From positions 1 through 55,041 of IMG/VR virus record IMGVR_UViG_3300023116_000059: DNA of 55,041 nt. The stretch is one strand, 5' to 3'. Source of the stretch: a virus (lineage: Duplodnaviria > Caudoviricetes). The translations under genes and the position numbers were made by a program. The notes beneath the pieces are model-generated. The model made no database searches and was not told the DNA's origin. It was given only the letters and a program-made list of their open reading frames with translations. Positions 8,212-16,300 of this stretch are shown here, piece by piece; within the stretch, counting starts at the first letter, position 1, and every line of letters starts with the position of its first letter.

Positions 8212-9772
8212 AATCTCTTAAAAATTCAAACGTAGATGGGAGAGTATCAACATACTCTTTGATTTTCTTTTCATATTCTAGATGATCAGATAGGACAGTT
8301 GACTGTTGTAGACTATCTGTAATATCTTTTACCCGAGAAGCAAATCGGTACTGTGTCTCCGATAACGGATTATACCCCATACCAGCAGCAATGTAAAGAA
8401 GACCGTCAAGTGGACCTAGATCGTGGAATCTAGTGACACTATATACAAATTCTTGATAAAGTCTTGGAGCTCTCATAACTTGATCAAACATCTCAATGTC
8501 TTTAACAACTTCGATGTTATTTGTGCAATGCTTCCAATAAGAACTATCATCTCTTTGAGAAAGAACATAATGCATTGCAATGAAATCTTTCATTTCTTCA
8601 ATGTCTTTATCTGCAGAAATGTTATAACCATCTATATCTGCTTTAGAAATAAATCCATTTCTTCTTTGTAAAGTGTCTAGTAATCTGAGAGCATTTTCGT
8701 GTGTAGTTAATAAACCTGTGGACTCTAGTGGTTCTAGGAATCCATATGATAAACCAATGCCAACACAGTTCTTAACCCAACCACGTTCTCTTTTACCATG
8801 GCGAATATCAATCTTAAAGAACTCTGCTTCTTCCGCTCTTTTTTTATCTTTTTTTGCTAGATGTTTTCTAAATTCTGCTTCTGCTAATTCTACCGTAGTA
8901 AATTTTTGAGAAAAGCAATATCCAGTTCCAATACGATTCCATAATGGAATGTCCCAAACCCATCCATACTGAAGTGCGTGGCAGTCAGTTACATTATGAA
9001 TTTCTTTTTCTTTATCCACATATGGAATACGAGCAGCAAGTGCTGTGTCGTTAAGAAGGATGTCATTGAAACTAATAAATTTAGATCCCATCTCTTCTTC
9101 TAAAAGAAGAGACTTAAACCCTGTGCAATCAATATAAAGATCTGCGGATATTCTAAGTCTTGGAGATTTTTCTAAAAGAATCCAATCTATACTGCCATCT
9201 TCTTTTTTAAAAACTTTTTGTACCTTGTCTCTAACAACACGCACTCCATTAGGAATACATATTTCATTTTTTAAATACTCTCCAAACTTAGTGGCATCAA
9301 AATGATATGCGGTATCGTCAATAAAATCAAAATTTCTAATGACTTCCCTACTGGTTGTCATTTTATTTGCATCTGCAAGATATGTGATTGGATTGTAATA
9401 CTCGGCATATGAAGAAAAGTTTTCTTGATGCCTAAACTTATACCAATCTTGTGGTGTTTTATTACCACTAAAGTCATGTTGACCAAATGGATATTGGAAC
9501 CTATGTCCCAATTCTTTGAAGTCTGTAAATTGAATTGATACTTTATAAGTGGCATCACACTTAGGCATCCACTCTTTGTCTTTACCTTCAAGACCAATAG
9601 CGTGTAGATACCTGTTAATATGACCTAATGTAGATTCTCCTACTCCAATAGTAGGAACATCTTTTGGTTCAATAACAGTGATTATTGTATTTTTTAAATT
9701 CTTTGCTAAGAGAGCAGCAGTCATCCAGCCAGAGGATCCACCCCCGACAATACATACCGAACGAATTTTCAT
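8174..9772 (-). CDS. Flavin-dependent tryptophan halogenase family protein (PrnA-like)
   Basis: GGGSSG FAD motif, IGVGEST, ATYK (catalytic Lys position), GWVWDIP (WxWxIP), FLEPLESTG. Confidence 0.93.
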   Translation of the reverse strand: MKIRSVCIVGGGSSGWMTAALLAKNLKNTIITVIEPKDVPTIGVGESTLGHINRYLHAIGLEGKDKEWMPKCDATYKVSIQFTDFKELGHRFQYPFGQHDFSGNKTPQDWYKFRHQENFSSYAEYYNPITYLADANKMTTSREVIRNFDFIDDTAYHFDATKFGEYLKNEICIPNGVRVVRDKVQKVFKKEDGSIDWILLEKSPRLRISADLYIDCTGFKSLLLEEEMGSKFISFNDILLNDTALAARIPYVDKEKEIHNVTDCHALQYGWVWDIPLWNRIGTGYCFSQKFTTVELAEAEFRKHLAKKDKKRAEEAEFFKIDIRHGKRERGWVKNCVGIGLSYGFLEPLESTGLLTTHENALRLLDTLQRRNGFISKADIDGYNISADKDIEEMKDFIAMHYVLSQRDDSSYWKHCTNNIEVVKDIEMFDQVMRAPRLYQEFVYSVTRFHDLGPLDGLLYIAAGMGYNPLSETQYRFASRVKDITDSLQQSTVLSDHLEYEKKIKEYVDTLPSTFEFLRDYVYSSQKEESIC

Positions 9773-9778
9773 ATTAAA

Positions 9779-10237
9779 TCACTTATCGCGGAAAGGGTCT
9801 AGGCGAGATTCTTCTGGAAGAGTATTCCACTGAGGAGCTTCGGGAGTACCGAATCTAAATTCTTTCTTACCAGCAGTGTTTGCTGGGTCTGCTATAAACT
9901 GAGCAGTAGATGGAACAGATGATTTGATGTTATCTACATGAGTAATCCATTCGCCACTAGCAAGATTGCCTGCTTTGATATCTCTGTACAACATATCAAG
10001 TTGATCTTCTACTGTACCATATGCAACTCGTCTCTTGAGATCTTGATCTCCTTCAAGTTTGTCTTCTTGTCTCAACCACGTTCCATCATAGTTAAGAATC
10101 CAGTTGCTAGAAACATCATCATGGGGACATAGGCACCACTTAATTGCAGTGTCTGGACCGTTATAAACTTCGAATTCTTGTCCAACTTCTACAACGTCAG
10201 TAATGCACCCACGGTAATCAACGAGTACGCTTTTCAT
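9779..10237 (-). CDS. Putative tail-fibre assembly/chaperone-like protein
   Basis: RRVAYGTVEDQLDMLYRD...W...IK motif typical of small fibre-associated phage proteins; follows the Gly-rich genes; AGGAG SD-like motif. Confidence 0.55.
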   Translation of the reverse strand: MKSVLVDYRGCITDVVEVGQEFEVYNGPDTAIKWCLCPHDDVSSNWILNYDGTWLRQEDKLEGDQDLKRRVAYGTVEDQLDMLYRDIKAGNLASGEWITHVDNIKSSVPSTAQFIADPANTAGKKEFRFGTPEAPQWNTLPEESRLDPFRDK

Positions 10238-10264
10238 GGTCCTGTAAATCTCCTTATGTGTAGT

Positions 10265-10271
10265 TATTTAT
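10265..10271 (-). promoter_or_regulatory. Late promoter ATAAATA driving the chaperone-halogenase-oxygenase run
   Basis: tatttat on +, about 28 nt upstream of the 10237 start. Confidence 0.6.
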
Positions 10272-11029
10272 CAATTGTATTCATAGACGACTACCATGCC
10301 ATCTCTTCCAGTTGCACCATGGTTAGAACTTGCATATCCAGAAGTGCCACCACAACCTGGTGCAGCATGAGTTCTATAATTGTGAGCAAAATTACCACCT
10401 TGTGGGTGACCAGTAACTCCAGCACCGCCAAAATATGTATGCCCGCCTTTACCGCAAGCCCATCCCATATGTCCAGTTCCACCGCCACCATACTGATTAA
10501 AGTCTCCACCAGAACCTACGCCTGGTAGACCGCCACAATGTTGGTGAGATGTATTAGCACCATTGCCACCAGTTGCAGAGCAGAAACTACCAAAAGATGT
10601 AGTTCCTCCACTACCAGCTGCTCCAGAATAATATGTCCAAGATCCAGAACCTTGTCCAATTGTAACTGTTACTTGACTAAGACTGGAAGCATCAATTAAT
10701 TTTTCTGCATATCCACCAGCGCCACCAGATTCATTAAATCCAGATGCTGCGCCACCGCCACCTACAAGTTGTACTAGAATTCTGGTAACACCTGCTGGTT
10801 TAGTCCATGTTCCCGATGAAGTAAACGTTTGAATGCTAGCAGGACCAGCAACTTGCCAAATAACGTCAGTTCCATTGCTGTACAAAAACTTTCCTGATTG
10901 ACCAGCTGGTGATGGAGGAAGAGTATCTTGATTGATGAGTAGTCCACCAACATTCAAACTATACCCAGTGGGAATAGTAATGTTAGAACCAGTAGCAGAT
11001 TCTAATCTGTTAACACGTAATACTGACAT
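10271..11029 (-). CDS. Glycine-rich adhesin-like virion protein, copy 4
   Basis: MSVLRVNRL N-terminus; FTSSGTWTKPAGV; GGGG repeats; SHQHCGGLPG; GHPQGGNF; G.VVVYEY end. Confidence 0.8.
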   Translation of the reverse strand: MSVLRVNRLESATGSNITIPTGYSLNVGGLLINQDTLPPSPAGQSGKFLYSNGTDVIWQVAGPASIQTFTSSGTWTKPAGVTRILVQLVGGGGAASGFNESGGAGGYAEKLIDASSLSQVTVTIGQGSGSWTYYSGAAGSGGTTSFGSFCSATGGNGANTSHQHCGGLPGVGSGGDFNQYGGGGTGHMGWACGKGGHTYFGGAGVTGHPQGGNFAHNYRTHAAPGCGGTSGYASSNHGATGRDGMVVVYEYN

Positions 11030-11030
11030 T

Positions 11031-11789
11031 TTATTTAAATTCGTAGACTACAACAACACCACCCTTTCCATTTGCTCCTAGATTACTGGTGTGATATCCA
11101 GCTGGACCTCCACAACCATAAGCAGCATGGGAAGAATGATTATGAGCAAAGTTTCCACCTTGTGGGTGACCAGTTGCACCAGCACCACCAAAATAAGAGT
11201 TTCCAGCAGGAGGACCAGACCAGTACATATGTCCAGATCCACCTCCACCATAAAGATTCAAATCTCCACCAGAACCTACGCCTGGTAGACCGCCGCAATG
11301 TTGGTGGGAAGAATTTGCTCCGCGACCAGCGGTAGCACTTAGATAAGTGCCAAAAGACGTAGAGTTTCCACTTCCTGCACTGCCAGAATAATAAGTGGGG
11401 GATGTTGATCCTTGTCCAACAGTTACGTTTACGGAAGTGATAGAAGAGACATCCAACAATCTTTCGGAATATCCTCCAGCAGCACCTGTTTCTCCAACAC
11501 CAGAACCAGCACCGCCACCACCTACAAGTTTCACCAAAATTTTAGTGACACCAGATGGTCTAGTCCATGTTCCACTTGAAGTAAAAACTTGAATTCCAGT
11601 AGGTCCAACATTCTCCCATGTTAGAGCACTACCTGTAGATTTGAGAAATTTCCCTGCATTTCCAGCTGGATTTGGTGGCAAGGAAGATGAAGACAAAACA
11701 GTTCCTTGAACACTCAGTTCATATCCAGATGGAATACTAATTTGAGATCCTGTTTGGGATCTAATTTCATTAACTTTTAAAATAGACAT
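11031..11789 (-). CDS. Glycine-rich adhesin-like virion protein, copy 3
   Basis: Same architecture as copy 4; MSILKVNEI N-terminus. Confidence 0.8.
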   Translation of the reverse strand: MSILKVNEIRSQTGSQISIPSGYELSVQGTVLSSSSLPPNPAGNAGKFLKSTGSALTWENVGPTGIQVFTSSGTWTRPSGVTKILVKLVGGGGAGSGVGETGAAGGYSERLLDVSSITSVNVTVGQGSTSPTYYSGSAGSGNSTSFGTYLSATAGRGANSSHQHCGGLPGVGSGGDLNLYGGGGSGHMYWSGPPAGNSYFGGAGATGHPQGGNFAHNHSSHAAYGCGGPAGYHTSNLGANGKGGVVVVYEFK

Positions 11790-12539
11790 TTATGCGTACT
11801 CCCAAATACAAACCATACCACCTCTACCAGTTGAACCAACATAAGAACCTGCCCAACCATTAGCTCCACCAGTACCTGGTACGGCATGAGATGAGTGGTT
11901 GTTATTAAAGTTGCCACCTTGTGGGTGTCCAGCAGCACCACAACCTCCAAAGAAGTTAGTACCTCCTCTTCCGTTATATCCATGACCAGTTCCACCACCA
12001 CCATAATATGAGAAAACACTGCCAGAACCAAGTCCTGGTAGTCCTCCACAATGTTGGTGAGATGTATTAGCGCCGTTACCTCCAGTTGCTGTTAAGAAAG
12101 TTCCAAACGATGTTGTATTTCCTCCTGCAGCACCACCTGAATAATAACTACCACCACCACCTGTTCCACAAGTAATAGTTACTTGACTCACGCCGATCAT
12201 ACTAATATACGCTTCAGCATATCCACCAGAACCACCAGATTCTCCATATCCAGAAGCACCACCACCAGCTCCAACTAATCTTACATGTGCAAGACGAGTT
12301 CCTGCTGAGGGTATATATGTTCCACCTTGAGTGAATACTTGAATTGCTTTTGCGCCACTTTCAGCAAAAATAATATTAGTTCCGTCAGAACCATATAATT
12401 TTCCAGTTCCGCCAGAAGGATCTGGCAGTAAAGTAGCAGCATCTAGAAGAACGCCACCAACTGTTAGGTTAGTTCCAGTAGGAATTAAAACCTGTGTTCC
12501 AGTAGCTGGTCGTAGTTCATTAAACGCTAAGGTGCTCAT
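11790..12539 (-). CDS. Glycine-rich adhesin-like virion protein, copy 2
   Basis: Same architecture; C-terminal ~65 aa almost identical to copy 1. Confidence 0.8.
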   Translation of the reverse strand: MSTLAFNELRPATGTQVLIPTGTNLTVGGVLLDAATLLPDPSGGTGKLYGSDGTNIIFAESGAKAIQVFTQGGTYIPSAGTRLAHVRLVGAGGGASGYGESGGSGGYAEAYISMIGVSQVTITCGTGGGGSYYSGGAAGGNTTSFGTFLTATGGNGANTSHQHCGGLPGLGSGSVFSYYGGGGTGHGYNGRGGTNFFGGCGAAGHPQGGNFNNNHSSHAVPGTGGANGWAGSYVGSTGRGGMVCIWEYA

Positions 12540-13089
12540 TACACTAGTGCATACTTTGTTGCTTCATTTATTTAGGTATACTCCCAAATAACGACCATAC
12601 CACCCCTTCCAGTTGAACCAACATAAGAACCTGCCCAACCATTAGCTCCACCAGTACCAGGAACCGCGTGAGATGAATGATTATTATTAAAGTTGCCACC
12701 TTGTGGGTGACCAGCAGCACCACAACCTCCAAAGAAGTTAGTACCACCTCTCCCATTATACCCGTGACCAGTTCCACCACCACCATAATATGCAAACTGA
12801 CCACCTGTTCCTATGCCAGGCAATCCTCCGCAATGTTGGTGGGAAGAATTTGCTCCATTCCCACCAGTCGCAGACATATAACTACCAAAAGACGTGCTGT
12901 TTCCAGCACTAGATCCTCCAGAATAATATGTCCCCCCGCCACCAGTGCCGACCGTAATCGTCACAGAACTGACACCAGTCATATTAAAGTATCCTTCGGC
13001 ATATCCTCCAGATGCACCAGATTCGCCATATCCAGAAGCACCACCACCAGCTCCAACTAATCTTACATGTGCAAGACGAGTTCCTGCTG
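12244..13089. repeat. 64-bp exact direct repeat shared by copies 2 and 1 (12244-12307; 13026-13089)
   Basis: ccatatccagaagcacc...gagttcctgctg is identical in both; a second 50-bp identity at 11827-11876 / 12609-12658. Confidence 0.85.
12569..12575 (-). promoter_or_regulatory. Late promoter CTAAATA upstream of copy 2
   Basis: tatttag on +, overlapping copy 1 stop, next to the only sizeable gap in the array. Confidence 0.55.
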
Positions 13090-13324
13090 TTGGAGTATAT
13101 GTTCCGCCAGATGTGAATACTTGTACATTTGATGCGCCAGGACTATCTTGGTATACATGATTGGTTCCATTTGAACCAACCAATTTACCTCCTTGTCCAG
13201 AAGGACTTGGAATAAGAACATCGGAATTTAAATTGACAGGACCAAGATATAAATTAAATCCACTAGGGATCTCAATTTGAGACCCCGTAGCACTCTCAAG
13301 TTTATCAATAAAAAAGATACTCAT
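12572..13324 (-). CDS. Glycine-rich adhesin-like virion protein, copy 1
   Basis: Same architecture; starts 3 nt after the tail fibre stop. Confidence 0.8.
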   Translation of the reverse strand: MSIFFIDKLESATGSQIEIPSGFNLYLGPVNLNSDVLIPSPSGQGGKLVGSNGTNHVYQDSPGASNVQVFTSGGTYTPTAGTRLAHVRLVGAGGGASGYGESGASGGYAEGYFNMTGVSSVTITVGTGGGGTYYSGGSSAGNSTSFGSYMSATGGNGANSSHQHCGGLPGIGTGGQFAYYGGGGTGHGYNGRGGTNFFGGCGAAGHPQGGNFNNNHSSHAVPGTGGANGWAGSYVGSTGRGGMVVIWEYT

Positions 13325-13327
13325 TGG

Positions 13328-16300
13328 TTATACCACAGACCATGCTGCACCTGAATCGATGGTAACAGTCGTGCCACTATTTATAGTGATGGGACCAGAG
13401 CTTAGGGCGTTGGTTCCTGCTGGGACAGTGACATTTTCGGAAACTGTATTTCTATTAGACTTAAATACGCCGTAAGAATCTAAGTATTGCTTATCTCCAT
13501 TTGCATAATATACTAGAGTGTTAGTTCCATCAGCAAACGACGCACCATTGACACCAAGAGAACCAGATACCTGTAAAGAATAAGTTGGGTTTCCAGTGAA
13601 TCCACTAGCAGTAGGATCTGGATTAATCCAAACTTTGGATGCTCTATAGATATCGAGTTCGTTTGCTGCTTCAGTCCAACGTGAGGTAACAAATTCGGCG
13701 TTGTTTTGGAACAACTGACCATTAAAGTTAACATCACCTTCAATATTAAGTTGATAAGTTCTTAGTGTGTTATCTTCTGGATCATTACCTTGGAACGAAG
13801 AGGTGTTAATTGCAACCTGTTTTGTGCTACCTTTAACAGAAATAGCAGGAACAGATTGCCAATCAGTAGCACCGTTAGTTGCGGATGGTGTAATTTCAAA
13901 TACATCATCTGCATTTAATTGGTTACCGATTCTAAAGTTTCTGAAACCAGATGCACCACGGAAATATAGTGGAGCACCAGTGTTATCAGCAGCATCTTGA
14001 ATCGTAAGAGATGTGTCAGCAACAATAGTTGTTGCATTCATCGAACCATTAACCGACAGGTTGCTGGTTGGATTCATGGTCTTGATACCAACACGACCGT
14101 CACCTGTAAAGATGACTCTATCGTTTGCAGTACCACCATCAGTCATTCTGAAGATGAAGTTAGAGTTTGCTTCATCATTGTCACCGTAGTCGGTGTCATT
14201 TACAGATACTACCTTGAGGTATGCTTCGTTGGTATTGTTGTTGCCGTCCTGATTCTTGAACATCAACTGAATACCGCCAGGTACTGCAGTGAAGTCTCCT
14301 CTGAGGGTTTCAAATCTTGCAGCAGTCCAAATATCACCGTTGCTTACATTCGCATAAGAATGTAGTTGTGCCTGTGGATCTGTGGTTCCTAGACCAACGC
14401 GATTGTCTGCGGAGTCAACATATAGTGTACCACTATCTACGTTCAGGTCATTCGTCATTGTGACGTTACCTGTTAGACCAGTTGTACCAGAAACAATCAA
14501 GTTAGAACCAGCACCAGTCAACTCAAGCGTGCCCGTCATGACATCGCCTGCCTTAAGGACGTTGAGAGATGCAGCACCAGTTAATGATGCAGTAATTGTT
14601 CCAGCAGCAAAATTGCCATTCTGATCACGGACAACAGCAGATCTTAGAATGAACTCACCTTGTGCATTATATGTGGAAGCAACATTGGTTGTATTGAATA
14701 CTGTATTACCAGAGTTCCAAACTGTACCACCATTAACTGTAAATCCATTAGAATCTACAACCTGAGCATCCAAAGTACCAGAACCATTAGATGCATTACC
14801 ACCAGTTGCTACAATTGCCGAGTTATAAGTAGTTGCTGCAACTTGAGAAGATCTGAAGTAAATTGCAGGGGAAGATGCAGCTCCATCTGTTCTACCCATG
14901 TAGAGTTTGGCAACGCCATTATCACTCTCTAGTCTAGAAACTTGGAACGTTCCGCTAACATCTCTAGTGTAATCTTGGAAGTTAACGCGATTGGATGCCG
15001 TACCAATTGTCAGTGCCTTACCTTGTTCACCATCAAACGAACCAGTTGTCAGAGTACCAGTTAAGATGGTGTAATCATTAAAGTTATCGGTATCATTAAA
15101 TGTAGTGAGGTTGGTAATTAGAATCGTACCAACACCCTGAGAGTTGGCGTTATAGAGGTTAACAACCAAGCCTGGTAGGAATGGTGTAGCATTAAGAATA
15201 ATGCCAGAAATATAAACATTAAATCTTGGTAGACCAGTTGTTTCACGTACTTCAATCGCATCTTGGAATGCTTTCTCATCTTGGTAAGTAGGAAGTCTAT
15301 TGTCAGATAGAGTTCCATAGTTCATGTTCAGAGCATTCTGATACCACTCACCTTGCTTATTAGCAAGTCTGAATGCGTTTGGACCTTGCTCACCACCAGC
15401 AGAGTAATCATTGAGAGAAGTCCAAACCTTTGCCCAAGAACCCCATGCGGTAACGTTAGTTCCAGAACCACGAATCCACATGTTGTCATTATCGGTGAAT
15501 GCCAACTGTCTGATACCACCGTAAGTGGAGTCGAAGCTGCTACCACCATTTCTGATTGTGAGTGATAGGTGTCTAGCACCACCATCAGAGAGACCATCTG
15601 CGGTGTTGTATCTGGTCTGAGCAATAATACCTTCAGAGAAAGTATTTGGCAGAGAGTTGTCATTGGGGTTGCCAGTACCCGTAATCATACGGATTGTGGA
15701 ACCAGACTGACCAGAGATACTGATGTCATACGTACCACTCATACGGTCTGGGTTGACCGTACCAGCATTCAGGTTAGATGCGTTGAGGTAGTATGCACCT
15801 TGAGCACCATCGAGCAAGTCAGCGTCTAGACCACTGTCTGCACCAGTCTTAAGTTGGATAGAACCATTACCAGCTGTACCGATGTTAAATTGAGATTTAA
15901 AGAATCTTGCTACACCAAGTGTTCCGTATAGATCAGAAGAAATGGTTGCATCGGTAACACGGTCTAGGTCAACTGCAACGTTTGCATATTGCTTGTTAAC
16001 TGTGGAGACTTTTGCTTGTAGAACTAACTGAGAACCACTTCCAATTTCTGCTGGAGAAGTTGTAACAGTAAAGTCACTTGTATATCCAGCACCACCACTG
16101 GAAATAGCAACATCGGTAACAACTTGATTGGTAACAACAATGTTAACTCTCAATCCACTACCAGTACCACCTGTAAGTGGTACGTTATAATACTGACCAG
16201 AGGTAAATCCGAGACCACCATTAGCAATGATGATGCTGTCGATGAAGTTACCAACCGTGTATGTAGATTCAAATTTGAGTGGAGATGCACCGCGCTCAAA

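Noticed and set aside
10291-12804. Alternative-frame minus ORFs (MVVVELV... at 10291, 11777, 12568) repeated across the paralogues
   Set aside because: Expected by-product of GGT/GGA glycine codon runs read in another frame; no SD or independent support
10271-13324. Diversity-generating retroelement (TR/VR) explanation for the repeats
   Set aside because: No reverse transcriptase in the window, all copies are intact ORFs, and differences in the most similar blocks are mainly synonymous rather than adenine-specific
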